NCBI RefSeq assembly: GCF_022842015.1
Contig: NZ_JALHQJ010000003.1
Span: 4,557 to 68,556, forward strand
Source: Nitrosomonas sp.
GTDB lineage: Bacteria; Pseudomonadota; Gammaproteobacteria; Burkholderiales; Nitrosomonadaceae
Reading direction: 5' to 3'
DNA length: 64,000 nt
The stretch's first letter is position 1, and each line of letters opens with the position of its first letter. Below, piece by piece: positions 10,641-20,134 of the stretch. The position numbers were made by a program, and so were the translations under genes. A model generated the notes under the pieces. The model was not told where the DNA came from. It saw nothing but the letters and a program-made list of their open reading frames with translations, and did not search any database.

Positions 10641-12175
10641 GGTTCTGTTGCCTTTTTACCACGATTTAAGGAGGAATAATTAGAAATTATTCCTCCTTGT
10701 TTTGAGCCTGAATCTGGAAGTTGAGTTGGTGGTGGAGTATAGAAAAGGTTTATTTCGATTTCTCCATCACCAATAATAATTTTCTCTACGATAGCTTCAA
10801 CAATACGACGTTTTTCTTCAAAGGGAAGCGACGGCCAGCGACTATAAAGATCACGAGCTTCTTCGATAGCTACTTCTTGGGAAAGATGAGAGATTTTAAG
10901 TATATCGATTTCGGCTTGGAGTCTAGGGATCTGCTCTTCAAACTGATCACGACGCTCAGCTAGGGGTTTATACTTTGTCCCGAAGCCATGTTTATCAATC
11001 ATGCCCGACTGATATAAGTCATAAAGCTTATCAATTTCTAAGGTAAGTTTTTCTGATTCCTTTTTCTGTAAAGTTAGAAGTTCAACCTTTTGCTTCACCG
11101 TTTCATTGGCCTGCTCAAGGTGAGTTGCAATCTCCTGATCTGATACCAGGAAACTCTTGATCTGTTCGTGAAATACGGCTTCAAGATCATCAATCGGCAT
11201 TTTGTTACGACATTGCTGGCAAGTGTATTTGGGGCTATTTGAGGGCACATACATCTTTGGGCCACAACTACAATAAGTTAGGCCGGAAAACAAATAAGTA
11301 GCGGGTTTAGCGGAGCGTTTAAGTTTATTTCTCTGCTCATCCAGAAAAAAGTTGCATTCCTGCCAGAGTTCTTCAGAAACAATTGGCTCTATTTTTGAAT
11401 ATACCCATTCCGATTCTGGTTTAAGTTGCCAAGCACCATTTCGATCTTCACTGGATGTATAGTTGGCTCGGCGAGTGCCAATAACAATTGTATCTCTGAG
11501 TAGTCTATCAATAGTTGTATCAGAGAATTTACCACCATTTCTGGTGCGGTAACCTTGTTCATTGAGAAGTCTTGCCACTAATTTCTTGCGTTTATGCTCC
11601 CGAAACAACTCGAACATGAGCTTGCGGACTTTGGCTTCCGCGTCATCAATGCAGAGTTTCTTATCCTTCCATTGATAACCATAAGGGGCTTGGCCACCAG
11701 TTGGTAAACCGGCTTTGGCGCGAATAGGCACCGCAGCAGCAACGCGCTCAGATATTTCTTCACGTTCCCATTGGGCCATGGCTGCAATCATAGTGTAAAA
11801 AAGGCGACCAGCAGGCGTAGATGTATCAATAGATTCTGCCAAGGAAATCAGGTCAGCACCATATTCCCTGAAAGTCTCAGAGAACTCCAAAAGTTCTTTG
11901 GTATTTCTAGCGAGGCGGGCCAATTTTGAGAAGATAAGGCCAGTGATATGACCTTCCCGCATGTCATTAATCATCCGCTTAGCTTCGGGTGTCTCTTTAA
12001 CCGTTTTTCCCGACACAGCGTCGAGTCGATACACCTCGACTACGTTCCAGTCTTTTGCTTCAGCATAAAGACGAGCACGGCGTTCGTGGGTCTCAGGACT
12101 TTCACCCCGCACCTGATCTTCAGTGGAAACTCGAATCCAGATTCCAACCCGCTTTGATTCGTTTTTTATGCTCAT
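10613..12175 (-). CDS. Large serine recombinase (integrase of the comM element)
   Basis: WIRVSTEDQ catalytic Ser, SKLARLARN, recombinase domain PYGY, Zn ribbon CSCG..CQQC, coiled coil; last 7 codons are comM antisense beyond the crossover. Confidence 0.95.
   Translation of the reverse strand: MSIKNESKRVGIWIRVSTEDQVRGESPETHERRARLYAEAKDWNVVEVYRLDAVSGKTVKETPEAKRMINDMREGHITGLIFSKLARLARNTKELLEFSETFREYGADLISLAESIDTSTPAGRLFYTMIAAMAQWEREEISERVAAAVPIRAKAGLPTGGQAPYGYQWKDKKLCIDDAEAKVRKLMFELFREHKRKKLVARLLNEQGYRTRNGGKFSDTTIDRLLRDTIVIGTRRANYTSSEDRNGAWQLKPESEWVYSKIEPIVSEELWQECNFFLDEQRNKLKRSAKPATYLFSGLTYCSCGPKMYVPSNSPKYTCQQCRNKMPIDDLEAVFHEQIKSFLVSDQEIATHLEQANETVKQKVELLTLQKKESEKLTLEIDKLYDLYQSGMIDKHGFGTKYKPLAERRDQFEEQIPRLQAEIDILKISHLSQEVAIEEARDLYSRWPSLPFEEKRRIVEAIVEKIIIGDGEIEINLFYTPPPTQLPDSGSKQGGIISNYSSLNRGKKATEPHGFIAAIS
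10638..10661. repeat. Left attachment junction: TG core + 7-bp spacer + arm GTTGCCTTTTTACCA (10647-10661)
   Basis: Arm is the exact reverse complement of 43829-43843. Confidence 0.92.
10668..10702 (+). terminator. 13-bp perfect hairpin just inside the left junction; possible terminator of comM read-through
   Basis: AAGGAGGAATAAT-TAGAA-ATTATTCCTCCTT followed by GTTTT. Confidence 0.5.
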
Positions 12176-12355
12176 TTGTGTACCTCGTATACAAATAGAG
12201 ATTAGCTAATTGTTATTTCCTAATTATCACGAATATTGATAGCTAAATAGAAAGCAATAGTTTCCGTTTTAGGAGAGTAGAATTATTATAAAGTGGTTTA
12301 GTGATAGACACGAAGTTTTATCGGCTTATTGATTTTGTTGATTAATTATTTCTCT

Positions 12356-12781
12356 ATGTGCGGTGGCATTAAATATCAAGATCAGAAAATCTACTTTCCC
12401 AAGTCCGATGCTCGGTTAACTGTATTGCTGCGACATGGTGGAGTAACCTGGATTACTTGGGGTAACCATACAACTGTCGATTCTAGTCGTTTTCCTAACG
12501 GTGGCTGGGCAAGGCTTGATTCCATTAAGTTAGGGAAGTGGAAACCTTGGCATCCCAGACCAGTTTTAATTCCGGCAGATAGTTTTATGGAAAAAGACCA
12601 CGACAAGCAATCTCACTGGATAGATTTAGCTCCCAGCATGGCAATTCAAGCATTGCTAGCGGAAAGAAATAATGAACAACGAGTTTATGTGGTTACCGAA
12701 AACGCTCCGATTGAATACAATTGGATTCATGATCGTTGGCCAAGACTAAGAAAACTTTCTGATAAACAAGAAAAACATTGA
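12356..12781 (+). CDS. Short SRAP/HMCES-like (SOS response-associated peptidase) protein
   Basis: Starts MCG (Cys2); FME and IHDRWP resemble the SRAP Glu and IHDRMP motifs. Confidence 0.6.
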   Translation: MCGGIKYQDQKIYFPKSDARLTVLLRHGGVTWITWGNHTTVDSSRFPNGGWARLDSIKLGKWKPWHPRPVLIPADSFMEKDHDKQSHWIDLAPSMAIQALLAERNNEQRVYVVTENAPIEYNWIHDRWPRLRKLSDKQEKH

Positions 12782-12791
12782 GATATTAATA

Positions 12792-13529
12792 ATGCGATTC
12801 ATTATTCTTCTTGCTTCGTTGCTGTCTTTACCGATCCACGCAGAAAGCACCTACAACCCAATTCTTAAAAGTATAAAGCCACATAGCATCACCATTATTG
12901 GCGAAACCCATAAGCGGCCAGAATCTTTTCAGTTATTCCAGTCAATAATAAACGACTATCTACAAAAAAATAAATGTCTTATCGTTGCTTTAGAAATTGC
13001 TAGTAACAAACAATCCACGATAGATCAAGTGATTCAAGGTAAAGCTAAAGTTTCTGATATTGAAGTCGCGCCACCGATTGATCATCCAGATTTCCGGGTA
13101 TTGATAGAGAACTTAGCAAAACTACAAAAGCATAATGACTGCTTTCAGTTAATTGCTGTAGATGCTGATATTAAACTGAAGACTGATCGTGATGAATGGA
13201 TGGCTAAAGAGATGACTAAGCAGATTGGGAAGACGTCAATACTTGCGCTCTTGGGAAGTCTGCACACCTTAAAGAAAGTGAACTGGAATCCGGAACTGAC
13301 TCGCAAACCACCTTATCTACCAGAAATCCTTATTTCCAAAGGCTATGCCGTGCAAACGTATCCACAAATCTGGAAAGATCGCGAATGCAACACTCATTTT
13401 CAATTTATCAATGCAGATCAACCGGAAGCTACTGAATTACTCAATACCAGCTTGTTTTCTGTATTGAATGCTTCTAAACCCAAAACTGTATCGAATATTA
13501 TTGATGGAGTCATTCTCTGGAAATGTTAA
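12792..13529 (+). CDS. Secreted hypothetical protein, possible ChaN/EreA-like fold
   Basis: Signal peptide; IIGETH and VALE motifs; LLGSLH. Confidence 0.45.
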   Translation: MRFIILLASLLSLPIHAESTYNPILKSIKPHSITIIGETHKRPESFQLFQSIINDYLQKNKCLIVALEIASNKQSTIDQVIQGKAKVSDIEVAPPIDHPDFRVLIENLAKLQKHNDCFQLIAVDADIKLKTDRDEWMAKEMTKQIGKTSILALLGSLHTLKKVNWNPELTRKPPYLPEILISKGYAVQTYPQIWKDRECNTHFQFINADQPEATELLNTSLFSVLNASKPKTVSNIIDGVILWKC

Positions 13530-13549
13530 TAAATATTTTTGAAAAAATC

Positions 13550-14278
13550 TTAAAGAATATGAGCTCCGGCCAATTCAAGTTTTTCTTTTTTCTTTTCCCA
13601 CATAGGATACTTCTCACTTAAAAAAGCAAAGAATTTTTTATCGTGGTTTTTATACCGCATATGGCAGAGCTCATGAACTATTACATAGTCAATACAGTCT
13701 TTTGAAACATGAATTAGTTTAGGATGTAAGACAATTTTTTCTTTACTGATAAAACTACCCCAACGCTTTTTCATATCACGCATTGATAGTATCGGCATTT
13801 GTTTATAGTCAAACCTCTCCTTCATTACATCAAAACGATCAGCAAAAACTTTCTCTCTTTTTTCTTTAAACCAGCTGGTCAACAACTTTTTAGTATATGT
13901 ACTATCTGCAACAGATTTAGTTGTCTGTACCAAAAGTACGCCACGTAGCAGCAACACCTTGTCTTCCAAACTTTGTTTAACAAGTAATTGGTGCTGGCGA
14001 CCCAGGTAGTAAAAACTCTCGCCCGACACATATTCTTTTGTATACGCTTTTCGTTGGTGCTTTCCAAAGAAATGAAGTTGTTTTTGAAGCCAATACCACT
14101 TACGTTTAAGAAACTGCTCTATTCTCTCGGGAGCAGTATCATGCGGACACTTAACACAAATTCGCATGTCAGGCGTAACGGTCAGACCAAGGGTTTTTCT
14201 ATCTTGTGGAATGAGGTCGTAGCAGTAAACAAATGAACCGAAAATAAATTCTTTTTGATTCTTATGAGAAGATTTCAT
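13550..14278 (-). CDS. YgjP/M48-like metallopeptidase associated with type I RM
   Basis: MKKRWGS and YVIVHELCH (HExxH); ATG at 14278 overlaps the hsdR 3' end. Confidence 0.85.
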   Translation of the reverse strand: MKSSHKNQKEFIFGSFVYCYDLIPQDRKTLGLTVTPDMRICVKCPHDTAPERIEQFLKRKWYWLQKQLHFFGKHQRKAYTKEYVSGESFYYLGRQHQLLVKQSLEDKVLLLRGVLLVQTTKSVADSTYTKKLLTSWFKEKREKVFADRFDVMKERFDYKQMPILSMRDMKKRWGSFISKEKIVLHPKLIHVSKDCIDYVIVHELCHMRYKNHDKKFFAFLSEKYPMWEKKKEKLELAGAHIL

Positions 14279-17200
14279 AATTATTTTCTGCAAGAGTGAG
14301 CGTGTTGTTTATAATCGCTCGCATATCCGCGTCAGACAAATCAACTCCTTTCTCTTTTTTCACAACGTCATACAGATAATCGTCGAGAGTGTTCATAATA
14401 CGACGCTTCACATCAAGATTTTTGTACCAATCAACAATCGCTTCAGCTTTCACAATACCGAATATATCAAGAGTAATCACAATAAACGCATCCTCAGCAA
14501 CATCAAACTTTTTGAAATCTTCTTTAAGGTTGCGATAGAAAATATCAGATCCTTTTATAGATTCAATGGCTCCAGGCAGAAACTCATCCTTTTTACTTAC
14601 AACATCATCACTTATCAATTTAAGCTGTTTGAGCGCCGCCACGTCAGCTAGTTTTCCGTCACGCATCTTCTTCAAGATCTCTGAAATCTTCTTAGAAAAT
14701 CGTTCATAGAATTCAGGATCAGAATCCAGCTTTTCAGAAATAGTCTTTTGGGTTTGGGCTGCAATTGCTTCAGCCTTCGATTTGTCAGAACCAAGCGATT
14801 CAATCGCTTCCTCAAACTGTTTGCGATCTGTAATATTTATCTGCTTTGTAAGCAACTCCACACCCATTGCATCAACGTATTTGTCCAAAATATTCACCAG
14901 GGATTGCTTGTACTCAGCAAGATCAACTCGATCTGCGTATTTCAAACTCGCTGTCTTGCGAAGTTCCATAAATTTCTTAAGTTCACGGGTATACATATCC
15001 AGGCTATCAAACTCATGTACAAAGTCCTGCAATACAAAACACTCATTCAGATTTCTAATAAATGCGTTGAGGGTTTTATAGAACACTTCACGAGTTGGAG
15101 CATCATCAAGTAGCTGTAAGAAAGCCTCATCATCAGATGTGCCCTTAATGGCTTTGAAAATGTCATGCAAAAGACTGTAGCTCTGTTCAAGTTCTTCTAT
15201 CTTTTCAGCAACATCAATAAGGGTTCCCTGTACATCGGCTTCATCATAATTACCGAAGAGCTTCATTGCAGTATCAATATTCTTGGCATTCTCAGAATAA
15301 TCAATGATATATCCCGCAGTCTTTGGCAATTTCTTGTTTTCATGGAGCCGATTTACACGAGCAATTGCTTGAAGTAGGTTGTGATCTTTCAGATCCTTGG
15401 CGAGATATAGAACCGTATTGCGTGGCGCATCAAAACCAGTGAGTAGCTTATCTACTACGATAATCACTTCAATACCGTCATCGTTGTATTTAAAGCTATC
15501 AATAACATCCTTTTCATATTTCGTCACACTGCTGTGATTTTTTCTGATTCCATCAAGATATTTCACAACCTCGGCTTTATGTGTGTTTGCTTCATCGCCG
15601 TCATCATGTTCATCAGAAACTACAACTGCAGTGCGTATATTCCCGCGTTCCTGAAAGAATTTTTGAAACAAAACCGCTGAGAACTTGGATGGCGCTACAA
15701 TCTGCGCCTTAAGACCAGTATCTTGAAAATGTTTAGTGAAATGTTTTTCGATATCGTAGCCAATCTCGACGATTCTCTGAGGATTATCCTTAATGACTTT
15801 TGTACCAATATATTTTTGAAGTTCTTTTTTCTGTTTATCATTTAGAGCTTCAATAATACGTTCGACATGGCGATCAATCTGCTCTTCATTCTGAACCAAG
15901 TCCACATACCGACCTTCATAGATGAGCGGGAGAATTATGTTATCTGCTAAAGCGTCATCAATCGTATATTTATCAATATAGCCGCCAAATTTCTTCCAAC
16001 TCTCCTTATCCTTCTTCATGAGTGGAGTACCAGTAAAGCCGATATAGCACGCATTTGGAATAATGCGATTCATCTCAAGACTTGCGATACCGCTTTGACT
16101 TCGATGCGCCTCATCAATGAGTACAAAAATATTTTGATCAGAATCGACAAAACCAGCTTTCTTTTTTGCAGCTGATTCAAACTTATCAATAATCGTGGTA
16201 ATAACACCGAGGTTTCGATCCTTAATGAGATCAAGAAGATTCTGACCGCTCGTTGCCTGAATAACTTCCTTCTTAAGATTACAGTTTTTAAAGGTATCTT
16301 TAATTTGTTTATCCAGATCCTTACGATCGGTTACGATAATGACTCGGGGATTACTAATGTGCGGATTCTCAATGAGAGCTTTCACAAACATCACCATGGT
16401 GAGCGATTTACCAGATCCTTGGGTGTGCCATACAAGCCCACCTTTGCGACGAGTAATACCAGATTCTGAAGTCTCAGTTTCATCGACTCGTTTAAGCATT
16501 TTGTGAATCGCAAAGTATTGCTGATAGCGTGATAGTTTCTTTACCCCTGCATCAAAAAGAATGTAGTTTTTGGTGAGATCTAAAAGTCGTGCAGGTTCAA
16601 ACAACGCCAAGATGCCCCGATCCTGTTCAGTAGGCAATCTTTGGGTTTTTTGTTTGTGCCCGTCAGTGTACCCATTGAGGTCTTTCAGTACCTTCTCATA
16701 TACGGCATCATCAATCTTTTTACCAATGAGTTCTTTTGCTCGCTCATTTATTTCTTCAAAGGTCATCTCTTTTTCTTTCCAGACCGCATAAAACTTATTT
16801 GGGGTACCAGTAGTGCCGTACTGAAATTCCTTACCATTGGAACCTACAAGAAGTTGAGTGTAGGTAAAAAGTTTTGGGCAAAACTCAGGCCCCTGATTCC
16901 TATTCATCTGATTGATTGCCTCAATGACTGCCACACTCGATTTCTTGTTCTCAATGGTGGCGAATGGAATACCATTCACAAAGCATTGAACATCAGGGCG
17001 GATGTTCTGCTTACCACTTGCTACAAACTCAGCAGTCACATGAAATACGTTGTTTTCTGGATACTCAAAATCAATGAATCGAAAATTCTTTGAAATGGTC
17101 TTTCCACCCGCGCGCACACGGATAGTTTTACCACCCGAGGTGGGCATAATGATGTTGTATATCTTTTGAGACGTATCAATGAGACCCTCGTACTGAATAT

Positions 17201-17450
17201 GCTCAAGTTCGTCCACCGCACCTTGGACATCCTTTTCACTAAACGTATAGCTTTCACCATCAACTTCGTACTCATTGATCTCCATGAGTTTCACACTGGC
17301 GATATTCGCCAAAATGAAATTACTTGTGTCACCACCACGTTCAAGTAGCGCCTCTTCTGCGGATATGTATTGATATCCCATCGCCAAAAGTAGCTCTAGT
17401 GCAGTGAGCTGTGATTGTTTGGCTTCATCGAAGTGTACTTTTTCTAGCAT
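14262..17450 (-). CDS. hsdR: Type I restriction endonuclease subunit R
   Basis: RPDVQCFVNGIPFATIENK nuclease motif, HTQGSGKS, DEAHRSQ, FTGTP, KLLTGFDAP. Confidence 0.95.
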   Translation of the reverse strand: MLEKVHFDEAKQSQLTALELLLAMGYQYISAEEALLERGGDTSNFILANIASVKLMEINEYEVDGESYTFSEKDVQGAVDELEHIQYEGLIDTSQKIYNIIMPTSGGKTIRVRAGGKTISKNFRFIDFEYPENNVFHVTAEFVASGKQNIRPDVQCFVNGIPFATIENKKSSVAVIEAINQMNRNQGPEFCPKLFTYTQLLVGSNGKEFQYGTTGTPNKFYAVWKEKEMTFEEINERAKELIGKKIDDAVYEKVLKDLNGYTDGHKQKTQRLPTEQDRGILALFEPARLLDLTKNYILFDAGVKKLSRYQQYFAIHKMLKRVDETETSESGITRRKGGLVWHTQGSGKSLTMVMFVKALIENPHISNPRVIIVTDRKDLDKQIKDTFKNCNLKKEVIQATSGQNLLDLIKDRNLGVITTIIDKFESAAKKKAGFVDSDQNIFVLIDEAHRSQSGIASLEMNRIIPNACYIGFTGTPLMKKDKESWKKFGGYIDKYTIDDALADNIILPLIYEGRYVDLVQNEEQIDRHVERIIEALNDKQKKELQKYIGTKVIKDNPQRIVEIGYDIEKHFTKHFQDTGLKAQIVAPSKFSAVLFQKFFQERGNIRTAVVVSDEHDDGDEANTHKAEVVKYLDGIRKNHSSVTKYEKDVIDSFKYNDDGIEVIIVVDKLLTGFDAPRNTVLYLAKDLKDHNLLQAIARVNRLHENKKLPKTAGYIIDYSENAKNIDTAMKLFGNYDEADVQGTLIDVAEKIEELEQSYSLLHDIFKAIKGTSDDEAFLQLLDDAPTREVFYKTLNAFIRNLNECFVLQDFVHEFDSLDMYTRELKKFMELRKTASLKYADRVDLAEYKQSLVNILDKYVDAMGVELLTKQINITDRKQFEEAIESLGSDKSKAEAIAAQTQKTISEKLDSDPEFYERFSKKISEILKKMRDGKLADVAALKQLKLISDDVVSKKDEFLPGAIESIKGSDIFYRNLKEDFKKFDVAEDAFIVITLDIFGIVKAEAIVDWYKNLDVKRRIMNTLDDYLYDVVKKEKGVDLSDADMRAIINNTLTLAENNYEIFS

Positions 17451-17456
17451 GATAGT

Positions 17457-18713
17457 TTATTTAGAAATTGATAATGATTCAGGTGTGGGGATCGCTCCAG
17501 TAACGAGTTTGTTGAGGAGATATTTCTTTTGGTCTTTAAGAATTGTTAGCTTTTGTTTAAGTCGATAAATTTCTTTGTCCGCAACGTCTAGAATTTCTGC
17601 GATTGCTGATTGTTCTTCAAATTCAGGTATTTTTATGTTTATTTTTCCTAATTCTCCAAGATATACACCCCCTTGAGCACCTCTACTTTCCCTTTGCTTC
17701 AACTGTTTCTGAAAATTGCTTGCTTGCATTAGTTGAAAAAAAAATTCTGGACTTTGATTTTTAAATCTTAGAATTCCAACACTACGTTGAAATGTATAAT
17801 TATTTTTATAATCTTTAGTTAAAGCTACTCTTCCAATAGACCCAACCAAGCAAAGTAGCAGATCCCCATTTTGTATACGATATGATTTATGAATTTGTTC
17901 AAATTCTGTCTGACTAATAAGTCTAGGATCATTATTAGTGATAACATTTCCATCGACAATATCTTTGGCACTAAGTAACGGAATACCATTTTTGACATTC
18001 ATGTGAGTTGCGTGGGTACCATCTTTTATTAAAGAAGTAATTTGAGTCAGTTTATAAATCTTCCATGGATTATTGAATCCCGGTAAGCGTGTCTTGCTTG
18101 TAAGCAATTCCTGCATCAAACCTTTTTTGATTTCTTTCTTAATTTCAATCTTTCGCTTCAAGCTTTTAATTGAGTGATCCCAGGCACCTAAAACTGCAGC
18201 GATCCTTTTTTGTTCAGAAATAGGTGGCAAATGGAGTTTAACTTTTTTTAAATCTCCAACATTTACATGCTCCATCGTAGAACCAGTTTTTATTCTTCTT
18301 ATCTGTCTTTTACCCTCTAGTGATCTAAAGTATTGCAAGAAGTATTCTGGCGAAGCAATTTGTTTTTTAAGTCTAGTGATAATTAATGCGTGACAGTTTG
18401 CTCCAACTAATTTAGGTGGAACAATTGTTGTTAAACCAACTTCACCAGTTTGAACTATAAGCAAATCTTTTTCCTTTAAAATTGACTTGCTATTTTTTGT
18501 ACTAAATTCTGGTGTTACTTTTTTTATACCATTAAAATTAAATCCAAAATCAGTGACGTTGTAACCTTGAACATAGGTAACCCCATTAGGTTCTTCAGTG
18601 TAGTTCTCTACCGCCTTACCAACAAATCCATTGGTCATAAGTTCACACGCGTCATTCATTGTGACTTCTTCCCATGTTTCAGGAATATTCTGTTGTTCCT
18701 GGTTAGTTTTCAT
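17457..18713 (-). CDS. hsdS: Type I RM specificity subunit S
   Basis: Two TRDs with conserved PPISEQKRIA and PEFEEQSAIA repeats, KKGLMQELLT. Confidence 0.92.
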   Translation of the reverse strand: MKTNQEQQNIPETWEEVTMNDACELMTNGFVGKAVENYTEEPNGVTYVQGYNVTDFGFNFNGIKKVTPEFSTKNSKSILKEKDLLIVQTGEVGLTTIVPPKLVGANCHALIITRLKKQIASPEYFLQYFRSLEGKRQIRRIKTGSTMEHVNVGDLKKVKLHLPPISEQKRIAAVLGAWDHSIKSLKRKIEIKKEIKKGLMQELLTSKTRLPGFNNPWKIYKLTQITSLIKDGTHATHMNVKNGIPLLSAKDIVDGNVITNNDPRLISQTEFEQIHKSYRIQNGDLLLCLVGSIGRVALTKDYKNNYTFQRSVGILRFKNQSPEFFFQLMQASNFQKQLKQRESRGAQGGVYLGELGKINIKIPEFEEQSAIAEILDVADKEIYRLKQKLTILKDQKKYLLNKLVTGAIPTPESLSISK

Positions 18714-20130
18714 AATTTCGCATTAAAGCTATTGATTCTTTCAGCTGAGAAAGAAAGCTCTTGTTTTTGTTCGCAGGATAGTGAATGCAGTTTCTTATAA
18801 ATGTTGGTAAGGTGACTTGATTTTGTTTTCCCTTTTCTGGATAAGTTTTTTTAAGTTTTAATTTTTGAACAAAAAACTGTTCATCAAATGCATTTATGCC
18901 AATAGTCTCTTTCTTTTCATCTTCTACTAATTTTTCGTTTACTTCATCCAGTAGTCTTTGGCGGAGAAAGTCATAAAGTTCATTATGGTAACTATCATCT
19001 AATATTCCAAAAACATCAAAGTTTACACTTGCGTAAGTAGAGTTTTTTTCATCAAATGGAATTACTTCAGTTTTTTCATCTTTATCATGTTTAACTACCT
19101 TAAAATTTCTAGATAAACATTTCTTGTCTATCATATAATTTGAGTGTGTTGCAAAAAAACAGATATTATTATCTGATGAAGTTAGTTTTATTAGCTCACT
19201 CAAAAAATATTCCTGGGCTTGTGGATGAAGATGTGTTTCCGGCTCGTCTAAAAGAATAAGTGAGTTTGAAAGTGAATTTACTTCTTTCTGTGCAGATATG
19301 TTAAGAAGAAATGAAATAAACTGTTTAAAGCCATCGCTTCTTTGACTTGTGGTTTTTGCCTTTTTATTTGAATCCTTTACATGAAAATTGATCCCATCAC
19401 CTGAAATATCGAAGGTTATTGTGATTGAATGATTTGGCCAAACTTTTCTTATAAGACTAGTAACTTGCTGTCCGAGTTTATCCCTCAGATCCTCTCGTTC
19501 AGTAGAATCTGTTGTTATTGTTTGTATGATGCTTTGTATTCTTTGTTTTGTATCATATCCACAAAGTTCAAAACATCTCTTAAGTGGAATAGAAATATTA
19601 TCTGGGTTACTAGCAAATTGAGACAGTAATATTTGGTTTGTTATCAAATATTTCTCAGCATATTTCCAGTATATTGTGTAATGAGTAGAGCTAAATATTT
19701 GATCTAGCAATAGCGGCTCTATTTGAGTTTTTATATTCTCATCTGTCAGATCGTTAAATGATATAGTTTTTACTAGTTGTAAATTAGGTAAACTATAATT
19801 CACTTTTAGAGTTACATTTTTTATATCATTATCTTTAATTTTGATATCTGTATACTTTTTTACAATGAGTTCTTTACAAACTATAACATCATCTTTTTCT
19901 TGAACATATTCGTACTCGACTTCAATAGGAAGATCTTTATCTTGAAAATCTGAAGCGGTGGGGATAACGTGCTCGTCTAAAAGAGCAAACGATTGCAATA
20001 TGCTACTTTTTCCAGCTTCATTAACTCCAATAAGTCCATACGTAAAAGTACCGTCAGAAACTTGGTTGATGTCAAATTTTACATTCTCAATACTTCTGTA
20101 ATTTTTTATAGTGATAGATTGTAGTTTCAT
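18703..20130 (-). CDS. ABC/AAA ATPase with unassigned C-terminal domain, embedded in the RM operon
   Basis: IKNYRSI, GVNEAGKS Walker A, SDGFKQF signature, LLDEPETHLHP, THSNYMI; C-terminal IRNCIHYP. Confidence 0.8.
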   Translation of the reverse strand: MKLQSITIKNYRSIENVKFDINQVSDGTFTYGLIGVNEAGKSSILQSFALLDEHVIPTASDFQDKDLPIEVEYEYVQEKDDVIVCKELIVKKYTDIKIKDNDIKNVTLKVNYSLPNLQLVKTISFNDLTDENIKTQIEPLLLDQIFSSTHYTIYWKYAEKYLITNQILLSQFASNPDNISIPLKRCFELCGYDTKQRIQSIIQTITTDSTEREDLRDKLGQQVTSLIRKVWPNHSITITFDISGDGINFHVKDSNKKAKTTSQRSDGFKQFISFLLNISAQKEVNSLSNSLILLDEPETHLHPQAQEYFLSELIKLTSSDNNICFFATHSNYMIDKKCLSRNFKVVKHDKDEKTEVIPFDEKNSTYASVNFDVFGILDDSYHNELYDFLRQRLLDEVNEKLVEDEKKETIGINAFDEQFFVQKLKLKKTYPEKGKQNQVTLPTFIRNCIHYPANKNKSFLSQLKESIALMRNYEN

Positions 20131-20134
20131 ATGT

